Part shown: piece by piece, positions 42,125 through 53,719 of the stretch | How positions within the stretch are numbered: the stretch's first letter is position 1 | Layout: each line of letters opens with the position of its first letter | Assembly (NCBI GenBank): GCA_026023565.1 | Contig: JAPETS010000008.1 | Coordinates: forward strand, 372,001-436,000 | From: Cirrosporium novae-zelandiae | Lineage: Eukaryota | DNA: 64,000 nucleotides | Reading direction: 5' to 3' | The notes under the pieces: model-generated | Database searches by the model: none | Told to the model about the DNA's origin: nothing | Seen by the model: the letters and a program-made list of their open reading frames with translations, nothing else | Made by a program: the position numbers and the translations under genes

Positions 42125-43255
42125 ATGTTGTCCCTCTCGCTCTCAATCATTTTGACGCAATTGTACCCCCCAAAGTCCGATTTCACTGACAAAGTCCTGC
42201 CGAGTCTTCATGGGAAAGTGAGTCTTCCCAGGTTCCCATGTAAAGACTGCCACACTCGGGATTGATGACCAATTGACCTTCTTTGCAGGTCCACATCGTG
42301 ACCGGCTCAAATACCGGAGTCGGCAAAGAACTGGCTCGGATTCTCTATTCCAAGCATGCAAAGGTCTATGTCGCTGCGCGCTCCGAGGACAAGGCAAACA
42401 AGGCAATCGAGGCAATCAAGAAGACCACGCCCGAGTCCGCAGGAGAATTGATATTTTTATATCTAGACCTCATCGACTTGACCACCATCAAGGCATCAGC
42501 CGAAAACCTTCTCTCTAAGGAGAACAAGCTGCATGTCCTCTTCAATAATGCCGGTGTCATGGGACCACCTCAGGGATCCAAGACTGCTCAGGGCTATGAA
42601 CTTCAGCTTGGCGTAAACAACATAGGGACCTTCATGTTCACAAAGCTGCTGACTCCAATCCTCGTATCAACAGCTAAGGTAGAGCCGCCAAATACGGTTC
42701 GTGTCATATGGCTTTCCTCGTCTGCGACAGAATTCTTTAGCCCTAAATCGGCTAGCGTTCCACTAGACAATTTGGATTATCACAACGATAAGTCGGCTAC
42801 TTATAAGTATGCCATTAGCAAAGCTGGTAATTATCTACATGCCGTCGAGTTTTCAAAGCGATATAAGACCAACGGTGTCATTAGCATCTCGTTGAACCCG
42901 GGAAATCTTCGCTCGGAGCTTACACGGCATCAAGGGGCCTTGTTGAAGATGTTGCTAAAATATCTTTTTCAGTATCCACCTATCTTTGGCGCATATACTG
43001 AATTGTTTGCTGGCCTGTCACCGAAAGTCACGATTGAAAAGTCTGGAGATTGGGGTAAGTGTTCTATCACGACGGGATCAATGTCGATGAGACAGTAGAC
43101 TAACTCTTCCTGAATCTTTAGTTGTTCCTTGGGGCAGATTCATGGCGATTCGGAAAGACTTGGTCGATGCAACAAAGATAGAAGAAGAAGGCGGTACTGG
43201 AGTTGGACTAAAGTTCTGGGAGTGGACCGAAGAGCAGATTAAACCGTACGCTTGA
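42125..43255 (+). CDS. Short-chain dehydrogenase/reductase, retinol-dehydrogenase-like (3 exons)
   Basis: TGSNTGVG (TGxxxGxG), LFNNAGV, YAISK (YxxxK), LNPG; C-terminal exon VPWGRF...FWEWTEEQIKPYA*. Confidence 0.93.
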
Positions 43256-43581
43256 GTTTCCTAGAATGGACCTAGCACTTTCTTTATGTTTGAAATCTGC
43301 CTATTTTCTTAAAGAGACTTTCTATAAAGTTAATTCCCGAAAATCAAGGGGGGAGAATATCGCCGTATTAAGAGTTTCGTAAACTAGCGAGCATAGAATG
43401 CAGGCTACGTGTGAGAAGAGAGCTGGTATATGCAAGCAAAAGTGTGATATATTGAATAGATTGCTGCTGAAGAATTCTTCTTGCGAGAATTCACAAATAT
43501 AGAAGTGCATGCGTAGCGCGTTCTCGCGAGTCGGAATAGCTATCTTCCGTGGTCTGAGGTTATTTTTCATGCATAAAATTG

Positions 43582-43717
43582 TAGAATAATGACCTTAGGG
43601 AGGAGGCCTTCAAACAAAATCAATTTTCAATAACAATTCAGTTGAAGGCCTCCTTAAGGTCATTATTATAGTTCTATCTTTGGGTCTGGTTGCTTTCATT
43701 TCTACCCGTCGAAAGTA
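43582..43717 (+). mobile_element. MITE-like element, right part: partial left TIR + spacer + full 76-bp right TIR
   Basis: Forms a local hairpin (ataatgacctta..aggaggccttcaa / ttgaaggcctccttaaggtcattat) around the same spacer acaaaatcaattttcaataacaattca seen at 39314. Confidence 0.75.
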
Positions 43718-43945
43718 ATGCCTTAGGAATACTATAAGGTATCACCGCCTACTATCATTAATTATATTTCGCCACCGCCACCGTCGCACAGCCCATATTC
43801 CTTTAAGTCGACTTAGCAAAGTCTCAACTCTCAAGCTGATGTATAGTTCAGAGATAAGGATTCATCCTTCTCAGCGAGTAGTGGACAAGATCTCAATTCT
43901 TCGATGCCGTTCCTGGCCGGCTCAAAATTTGCCCGTTTAGAACGT

Positions 43946-43976
43946 TGGTCGCTTTCATTTCTACCTGTCGAAAGTA
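43946..43976 (+). mobile_element. Third copy of the TIR outer tip (31 bp)
   Basis: tggtcgctttcatttctacctgtcgaaagta, 30/31 identical to the reverse complement of 39238-39268. Confidence 0.7.
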
Positions 43977-44240
43977 TACGAAACCGTCTTATTATGGAAC
44001 TTGAGAGCGGAGCAAACAAGAAGCACCTTAAGTCTCACCGTGGAAGAACAAATGGTCCTTCAGTTTTCGGTCATAGTGCTAAGTCGATCACATCCTAGGT
44101 TTACCCAACCTGTCTTTTCTTTATTCATTTTGACCCGAACAAGAGACAAATGCTGCGAGTTGAAGAACCTAAGATAAATACTAGGTTACATACATGCTAC
44201 TTAGCATGAAATTTATGACTGAGTATTCGTTATTGAGGGT

Positions 44241-46288
44241 TTAGGTCTCCATTGAGTCTATGTCTTTCACCAACTGACGAGCGGCAACGATGGCGAAACA
44301 GGCTGCTGTGAGAGTGGGATTGCAAGCGTTCTGAGTCGGAATGACACCGCAACCTCCCAGTACCAAGTCCTTCTGTCCCCAGACCTTGCTTGTGCGATCC
44401 ACAACACTATCATCTTTCGATTTACCGGCTCTATACGTACCGCAGATATGCAGTGTAGAGCCTGGGACGAGATACTTTGGCTCTGCACCCGGAAGAAAAC
44501 CGCCAAGATTCCTTGCCACTTGAACCATGCTGTTTAAACGAATTTATGTTAGCCTACTAGCCTCTCGTATGGAGTAATGGATTACCCGGAATTCACTCAG
44601 TGATCATGCGTTGACAAAGCGTAGAGTCCTCTTCGTTCAGCCTGAAGTGGAAGGTTGGCTGGAGGCAGATAGTGTTAGGGTAAACCCATATGGAATCTGA
44701 AGATGGAAGTGCTGTTTGCTCACCTGTGGCATTCCAAATTCGTCCTTCACCTTAGTTGAGAACTCAACAAAGTTGTCCCAGACTGGCTTAACATAAGTGA
44801 ACCAACGGAAGTCAACCACAAGTCGCTAGTCGATTGTGGGCGGGACCTCGCCGTAGCCAAAGGCATCTCGGTGGATTTGCGTGTGCCATGGATGAGATTC
44901 GGAAAGAGGGAAGTAACACTGCGGATCCGGGTCATTGAATGGGAAGGGAAGTGGGTCATTGGGAGCCTTCTCCTTGTGCTCTTTAACCTTCTTTATCCAG
45001 CCGAGGTTATAAGGGTCGTTTTTAATATTGTCGACCAAGCTCCGCTTAAGAACTACCTGGCAGAATGCCATTGTCTGCTCAGTCATGTAGTGTCCCTGTT
45101 TTAGACTTGAGTGTCAGTGATCAGGGTGCGGGACTTATCCGGCAGATCTTGGGACTTACAAGGGCCGGCAAGGTTTGGGCTGTGAATCCCGAGTTGAAAA
45201 GGACACCGGGAGTAAGGATAGCACCAGTGCAGACTACATACTTCTTGGCCATAATGTAGTATTTCTCGTCTTTTAGAAGATCTTTCACAAGCGCCCAAGC
45301 GATTTGTCCAGTTTCATCGTCAAGCTGGAGCTTGATGCACTGATTATTGGGCCGGATCTCAAACAAGCCACCGGAATAGCTAGGCTCCCAGAGGTCTCCA
45401 AGAATGGTAGCTGTGCAAGTCCATTCAACATAGTCCTTATTCCTCTCGCTTCTCTTGCAAGCAAGAGGCATGCTGATGATTTTGCGGCCGGTGTCCTTGT
45501 AGGCGTCTTGCAGAACATGCTTCACCAATTGCTGTCGAATGGAGTCGTCGAACGAGGTACTGTTCGTGCGGAACAGTTCCTCGACCTTTGAATAGAGTTC
45601 CTTCCATTCTTGATTAGTGAAGAGGTTTGATCTTTCGAGCTCGTGCTGTCTCGGTGTGCAACATGTCCAGTGAGACCCCATCCCACCAACAACACGGGAC
45701 GCAGAAGCAGATGGGATATTGTCCCAGGGACTTTGTTCTGGGTTTTGGCCGTTTTGCAGACATAGGAGCTCGGATGGCCTCATATTCTATCAGTTGAAAA
45801 TATGAACTTAGTAGGTGGGTCCACTCACGTCGGATCCCATGAAGACGGCTCAAGATATCCGTAGGTAGTGTTGGTGGGAACTGATAGGGGATGTAATTCT
45901 CCCTAGAAAACATTAATATTCTATAGCTTTCCAACAGTTATTAAAGTTGAGCCTACCTTGACAGTGCTACCAGGATTATGGTCAGTATTCTCATTTCAAA
46001 AGTATCGTCGGAAAGTACTTACTTGGTGAAAAGACTGATGTCTTTCTGGGCTGAAACGCTGTTCTTCTTATGACCCCCGACTCTCCGGATGGCCCTATAT
46101 GAACTAATTTAGCACGGTCTTTTCATAGATGTGGACAGAACTGACTGTTCTCCAACGTCAACCATCAAGACTTATTTGCCAGCGTCTACGAGCGTACGCG
46201 CAAATGTGGCACCAATAGGACCCGGGCCGACGATGAGGATGTCAACCTGCTCGACGCGGGCTCCCTTCTTGAGGGTTGAGATGTCCAT
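44241..46288 (-). pseudogene. Pyranose 2-oxidase (GMC oxidoreductase, AA3_4) with two in-frame stop codons
   Basis: DILIVGPGPIGATFAR, GGHKKN, RVVGGMGSHWTCCTPR, PWHTQIHRDAF, STLHICGT, ACNPTLT. Premature TAA at 46172-46174 (GK*VLMVD) and TAG at 44826-44828 (PTID*RLVVDFRWF), both inside conserved exons. Confidence 0.85.
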
Positions 46289-47222
46289 GTTTACTAAATT
46301 TGTCGGTAGGTACTAAGAAATTATTTGTCAAATGCTTGTTTTGTTGAACGAAGTTCTAAGAGATCAGTCCTCCCCGAAGAGGGACTTCCGACTTAAATGC
46401 TCAACGACTTGGCAAGTTTTGAGCCATTTGGGCAATCTTAAGATTCCAACTTCTTTGTCTTTTTGGTATCATTATGTCATTTCACTCCTCAAATCACAAA
46501 CCATTAAAAATGGCGTTCATAAGGATGGCTGACGTGTGATAGACAATCCTCTCTGAAATCTCCATACATGACAGAGCTGACAGATTACCAGTGCGATTTT
46601 GGATACGTGGTTGGCTCGATCGCAATTGATGTCGAGCTTTCATGACCCCACTCTGATTCTGATGCTACTTGACCGCTATAGGTTTATCTCGAACTAGAAA
46701 TTCACCATGTAAAATCTTCCATGGCACCTATTTCACATCGGCAATCTGCAGACTCTGAGACGATGAGTTGAATCTAAATCACCCTGAATTAATAGATGTC
46801 CCCAAACTACCCCAGAGTGCTAGTTTGGACGAGATCATTTTCTTCAAATATCCTATCTGTAGGCGACAGACTCCCAGCCACCTCATTGAGTAGCTCTTTC
46901 TAACACTTATTTTTCCCTATTTCCTCATTATTCTTCTAGGTTTCTTTACGGCAGATAGCGGGGGACAAAGCTCTAGGTGTGCTTCATTGCTGGCTGAAGG
47001 GCCCACACCCGAGACTTGGCGCAGCGTATCTCATGCTGGGCGGCGGAAAACAGCCTCAAGCGTCAATATATACACGTAGGTTAAGACAGTCTCTGACTGG
47101 CCCCCGCGATGCGTTACAACATAACCAATACCGATTTGGGATTGCCCCGCCGATTCCCAGAATATGAATGGCTTGGGCGCGGGGTTACGCAAGGCTAGAG
47201 GATCACGAATAGAATGCAGTCA

Positions 47223-47293
47223 TAGCAGAGGATTGTTTCGATCCTATCTCTCAAGGCCAGGGGTTTACTGTAACCCCTTGTGCTGCTCTTCCA
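47223..47293 (-). pseudogene. Degenerate initiator tRNA-Met-like fragment
   Basis: Minus strand TGGAAGAGC...GATAGGATCGAAACAATCCTCTGCTA: eukaryotic iMet-type T-loop ATCGAAA and acceptor 3' strand CTCTGCT-A. No 5' acceptor strand and no CAT anticodon. Confidence 0.45.
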
Positions 47294-49379
47294 TGATTTT
47301 TCCAACCGATAAAACCATATTGCAATAATTATATAACTTTCAAGAGTAAATAATATGGGTTTTTATATTATATAATGTTCACCCAATAATAAGCATATAT
47401 GTATATATATTGCATGTAACAGCTTGGCGTCTTGTATCTGTCCCACTTGGCACGTCTTCGAGCTTACTCGAGTACCCATCTACCCCTCTCAGCCTTGTCA
47501 GTCGGTTGATATGCATGCAGTCTTCCAGATCTGCGACGCGGGCTCACATTACATTACATGCATGGTGAGCACGAGCCGGGGGAAATACTAGAGTAATTAC
47601 CTGGAATTGACGTCCCTACTCTTTCTCTATCCATCTGACCACTGTGCTAGCTGGCTAGCGAATTCTCTCTCTTCTTACCCTCCACTTCACTCTTATATTA
47701 AAGGGATAAGTAGATAGATTCGATGATTTAGTAATGACATTGTTGTTCATTTAATCTACGTGTATGTGTGTGCGGTGAATATAAAGTAACCGAGTGCACA
47801 AGTTAGATATAAATGCGTAGTCACCTGATAAGTTAGGCCCTTAAGGGGGGGGGACATTGCAGCAGTAGATTCGTGACAGCCTAACGGACTAGGTAGACTA
47901 TCTAGACTAACTAATACCAACCACCCCGACCTAGTACTTATGGCATCCGACAAGGATGTCCGCACCCTAGTCGCCTAAAGCACACAACCAAGCATCTATT
48001 CATAATAAATAATATTTAAAACCGTTGAAGACGTCTACGTCAATTGCTTTGCGAGCCTCACGGCAAAATATTCGCCTAGAGCTTCTGCAAACGCCCGTTA
48101 GTGGGTTAGGATTAACTGATTTACTGACCCCTCAGCACGAGATTGGTGAGAGGCTCCAAGGTAAAAAAAAAACCAATGGATATAATTTTGGGAAAGATAT
48201 TACACTGACTGGAGAAATAATTATAATGCCGGAGGTTACTCAATTACAAGGTCTCAGCCTCTAGAGGGTGAGAATTGATATATCATATATGGTCTTGAGT
48301 AACCATGGTTAGTGATTATGCTCTTTGGCTGATGTTGTTCGTACAGCAAAAACGGAGGTGACCATTGGGATGAGCACGCATGACCTTTCCTAAGAAGTGC
48401 CAATGCGTTGCTATTCACAGTTCAACAGCAAGTGCTAATCAACTGAACCTACAGCCTGTCGTCACATCTATCAATCTTTCCAGAATGTCTGGGTTAATTA
48501 CTTGCAAGACGAAAATACTCTGTAGAGGGGGTGGCGAGGTGCCCCGGTCAAAATGCAGCGATCGCCCGGGGGTCAGTTCGTAAGCCTATTCATTGGGCAA
48601 ATATAAATGTAGGCGTTGCTAAACTGATGCATTTACCCCGAGGAGACATATCACGCACACATGTCATTGTCGAAGCAAACGCATCTGAATGCATGGATTT
48701 TGGCTGCCTCGGAGGAATAGTGTTAATGGAAGGTGTCATGTCTCATAGGCATTTTCGTTGGTCCCACTCTCATTAAAATATATTTTATGTAGGCATTTTT
48801 TAATATTTCGATGGTCCGCGGATGTTCATCAATAGAACATGTGTGATTTATACACGAATATCATGTAAAATCAATGTATACAGAAAACACCGTATTTGAT
48901 GCCTATTATTAATGCGGAACACGTCTTAGCTGCAGTTCATTCTTCAATTGGACGTGGTGTGGTATCTATTTGTGGTGTTTTGCTAACTTTTTATCATATA
49001 TGTACTATATAAAGCAGTCGGTTTTTAGCGTTAGAGTTAGTACTTTTCGCTGAAGGGAATGTGGAAGAAAGAAAGAGCGCTTCAGAATCAATTCTTAGTC
49101 TCTAAGATGATTAATCACTATGAATAGTAGCCCATCTTACCGCGCTCATTAGACTCGAGCTCTAATTAGAGAGAAGCTTGCTCTCGAGTTGAATAAATTG
49201 GGAATTTGAAATTTTCTAAAGTCATTCCTGTGGTAAAGATATGAAAGAATATATTTTAGGCTACGAGCGCTTATCTCGAATGTGGATCCCAAAACAAGCT
49301 AGACTCACATTCTTTTTCTTTTTCTTTTTCTTATTATTTTTATTTTTGATAAATTTTCGACATCTCTGAATAATCCTGA

Positions 49380-52327
49380 TCATGAATAATATCCCGTCAT
49401 CTCAAATCTAAGCATCAGCTGTCCAATGCTGTTGCCCCCCTCTTCTACCCAATCAGTACTTCCAAATCCATCATCAAGATCACCCGTTCGCCTACCTCCA
49501 TACCCTCTTCTTTCACTTAGGCCGCGACAAACACTAACAAAGATTACACTCCGTTTGTGGAATCGACGATATATCTGCCCAATTTCTTCTTCATCACTAG
49601 CACCTTGCTGCTCCACTTGGCCCGAAGCTCTCTTTCGTACAAAACGAGCGAATGTTAGCACAATCGTGAATATATCTTCAAGAAGTTTCATGACTTGCTC
49701 CTGGCGTTTCCGTAGTAATAGCGCAAACATTATCCGGTCGAGGACTCGCTCATGGTATTGCTGGAGTTTATGCACACTTTCCAGGTTAGAGAGTGTGTTA
49801 CCTTTCGTGCTGACACGCTTCTCCATTTGATCAAGTTTACTTTCAAACAGGGCCCAGGTTTGGCCTACTCCTGTCTCTAGGAAATAATTTCCCACAGTAG
49901 TCACAAAATGATGAGCTTCGATCCGGAACTTCTCGGCAACATGAGGCTCCATGCCTCGCCAATAGGAGGTACGATCCATCGAATCACGAAACAGTTGAGT
50001 TGTTACGGCGAACATACGCATAATGCGTAATAACAACTTAAATAGACAATCGTATTTAACCATACAGCTAGGCGTCATGATACTCTCCAGAGCTACCGGA
50101 GGCTTGTATTGAAGGCGAAGGAAATCAAGAGCTTCGATCGCATCAGGATTCATACATTTCTTCATCTCTTCTTCGGACATGTCTCGGATAGCGAAGCTGA
50201 GGCCACCAGGAAGTTCATCACCTCTTGCGAGATATCCGCCTTTGTGACCTAAAATTGCGGGTGAGGTAATGTAGCTGTCTGAGAGGACGCCCATTAATGC
50301 AAGTCTTAGTTCAGAACTTGCGGGGGGCCAGTTGTTGCGACTTCCAAGATTCAGGCCCACAGCTCCGACTGATCGCACAACTCCCCGTTTCCGCTCTGCG
50401 CTTTCAACTTCGGGATCAAAAAGCGCATGAGACAAGCGAGAAACGAAACTACCGTCACCGAATAGTTGAAATTGCCGCTGCATGCTAAGGTGATCTCTCA
50501 AATGATGTTCCGTGAAAAGGAGACGAAGAATTGAGAGGTTGGTTAAGCGTGCCTGCACTGACAATAACGGATGAAGAGAGAGTGACGATGTAAGAGATAA
50601 AGTCGGCGAAAAAGTCGAATACTCAATGCTATCATCATCCTTGGCTTCTAGTAAACCACTCACAACAAGCTCAAAAAGTCGATCATGTGCATAGGTCGAA
50701 GGAATTGGTAAGTTGGATAGTTGTACAGCAGTATCAAACGATGCTTGCACATCGCCACTGTTACTTTCTGAGCCAGTCCTATCGTCTACCGATAATTCAC
50801 GGCGATACTTAACTGGGCTCTGAAGACCTTGAAGCTTTTCGGAGTATCTATCAACTGCGAGTCGCAAGTTCTTTTCGTAGATATTGGCACGTGTTTGTAT
50901 TGAATTTAATCGCTCCCAGGAGAACTCCCAAACCAAAGCAGGTACCTCTCCCATGACAACAGGAGCGGATACAAGAGGATGATGTGGATGATGGAGTTTT
51001 AAAAATCGCAGCCCTTTATCTATATCTAAAATCATTTGCACATCTTCGTCAGAGATGAATTTTGGGAATTCCGCATTATCAAGTTCGTAGTATTCGTTTC
51101 TAGGATGTCCGTTAGACTATGATATCATATCATGATAGAGAAGGCTATATTCAGATATAAAAACGACGCGTGGGATATAATAGGGATGAGATTAATGTTG
51201 TAAACATTCATAGAATTAAACCAAGTTTAAGGGACATGCTAGACAAAGTTAAATAGATCATAGTATAATATGGTTAGTTGATACGACTAGCTTTTGGATT
51301 GCAAAAGAAATATCCCAAAAGAACCAAGTACGTACTTTTGAATGCACTTCCAAGACTCATTGACCTTCAATCCAATCCGAGTAGCAACGTAACTCAACCA
51401 TTGTTCAGTGACACGACCTAATATTTCAAAAAAGATATCACGTATCCATGCCTCTCTTTGTTCCATTTGTTGCACCTTTTGGTAAAGCACAGATAAGAGA
51501 GCATGATCGGGTCCTGTTATAGAACAAAGGTCTAACAAGTCGGCTAGACTAGTAATGAATTCTCTCGGACGTTCTAACGTCAAGTTTTTTTGGAGATTTG
51601 TAGTAGACCACCTATCTTTACTAAGAACTATCTCTAAGGATGTCCTAGCAGTTTTTATGGCTGTTTGGAGTGCAAGAACAATCGGACTAGAAGAAGGTAT
51701 CTCGGAATTGAATCTACATGAAAGGTCTGAAGCGTTGCAATTCACGTGGCTGGATCGATATAAGTCTGCAGGCTCTATTGCTAGAGGTCGACTAGCATCC
51801 AGACGCCCCCTGTCACCAATGTAGGCAAACCCAGGCTGCTGAAAATTTGGATTCTCGATGCCCTCCCAGCTTTTGTACCCAAACAATGGGTTGTGATTTT
51901 CATCATCGCTATCATCATGTAATTTCCATAGATCCTCTAGATTATCAAGATTATACCGACCCTCAGGCTCAATTTCTTCCACGCTAGGGGATTTCGAAGT
52001 CGAACCGTTCACTGAATTAGCTGATGCATCCAGGTCTATCAAGTGAACAAAGGGATGGCCATTCTCAAGTGACTGGCCCTCTAATACCTCGGGCTCATCA
52101 TTCAATTTCCCCTCGTAGTTCAAAAAGGTTCCAGCGGCCCAATTATGTTCCAAGTCATCGACTTTGTTTTTTAGATTGTCTAGATCAAGCTCGACCAGCT
52201 TCTCAAATGGGTATTCATGTGCAAATGTGGTCTCTTTATCAAACTGGGGACCACGGTCTAGAGCAGGCAAGGAAAAGTCGGGTATCTGGAAAGGGTCACG
52301 CTCCAAATATGTTTCTTCGACATTCAT
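49380..52327 (-). CDS. Gamma-tubulin complex component, Spc97/Spc98 family, GCP6-like (2 exons)
   Basis: FQLFGDGSFVSRLSHALFD, NWPPASSELRLALMGVL, LPGGLSFAIRD, ALDFLRLQYKPP, YHERVLDRIMFALLL. Intron 51100-51335 joins the two ORFs in frame. Confidence 0.85.
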
Positions 52328-52933
52328 GGCGATTTGTACAGGTTGATATACCGTCTCAACCGGCCGCAGTAAAATCACAGGTAGAGTGTTTGCGTTGTAT
52401 GTATGTAAAGTGATATTAGAGAGGCCTCTAGCGTCTTATCTATCAAAACATATCTCGGTTCTCGGTTATTACTGGTAGCTGACATCCTAAGGTAGGTGTT
52501 GTGGGAATTTGTTTCGTATTAATTTCGTCGATTGATTGAACCTCAAAACCTAGAAGCATAATTGTTGCCTTGGTGTTGGGTGATAGCAAATGATTTTCGC
52601 GAACCCACGTTGGAAGCCTTGGAAGCCGTGCAAGCAAAGTGGCACAGTATTCACGTATTCTATTTTAAGGTTCCATTTAACTTAGTAAGCCGGCCCTGAA
52701 AGAGGCGTTAGTCTTAGCGACGGAACATGAAGCAGCAACACTCACCACTCGCAACTTACGAGGATATCATCTCTCCCTCAAACACATAATCTAACTTTCA
52801 GCTCACCACCTTTTCTCGAACCATCAACTTCATCACTTAACCCATCTCCTGCGATCAGAATTTTGCGATAAATTGCTCCTATCTCTTGACCATCGACCTC
52901 GTGTATTTCCAAACCTCCTGAAAGCCTTTCATC

Positions 52934-53719
52934 ATGGCCGACCGTGAGCCGCCCTACGATCCTTACATTCCTTCAGGCAACAACGGAGGAGCGAGTGCAG
53001 GACAAAATGGAGGAAACGCAAGAACTGCAGCTTTACAAGCCGTAAGTCTACATCTATACCTTGTTTGGAATTATTATCAAGACGGTCTCGACCGGATTAC
53101 CTATTTACCCATACTTTCAAATACCACTTGTCTTTGATCAAAGGAGGTCTAAAAGGAGCACCCTTTGAGCAGAGCACATCAAATATGGCCAAATGGATAT
53201 ATCAAAAAGACAGTCTATCACATTGATTCTGCATGCTGCTGGCCAATATGTCTTAAGATATCCTCTGCAGTCCCCTTTATAGTTACCTAAATTGCTTTTG
53301 CTTTGCTTTCGCGAAAACTCTACTGGCCTATTCCGCGCGAATCCTCGTGTATTGATTCGTCTTGGTACTATTTGTGAAATTGGCTAACATTTCTCTTTAT
53401 AGCAAATTGATGATACCGTTGGAGTCATGCGAGAGAACATTAACAAGGTCTCTCAACGTGGTGAACGTTTGGATTCACTTCAGGATAAGACGGACAATCT
53501 TGCTGTCTCGGCTCAAGGGTTTCGACGTGGAGCAAATAGAGTTCGGAAGCAGATGTGGTGGAAGGATATGAAAATGCGAATGTGGTTGATTATCGGCATT
53601 ATTGTCCTTCTCATTGTCATCATTGTTCCATCAGGTCAGTGTCTTACCTATCAATGGCCCATTTCTCAATATCTTTAAAACGCTAACTATACTTTATAGT
53701 GGTGGCCTCTAAGCACTGA
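52934..53719 (+). CDS. SNC1: Synaptobrevin/VAMP v-SNARE (3 exons)
   Basis: PYDPYIP...[62 protein letters not shown] + TM segment; intron 1 is 53042-53402. Confidence 0.96.

Noticed and set aside
44826..46174. Stop-codon readthrough or A-to-I editing rescuing the pyranose oxidase
   Set aside because: Editing would give Trp at positions where P2O homologues, as I recall them, do not have Trp, and two different stops would both need rescue. Pseudogenisation is simpler.
38998..47300. Starship or autonomous transposon as the island carrier
   Set aside because: No tyrosine recombinase (captain), transposase or reverse transcriptase ORF is visible in the window.
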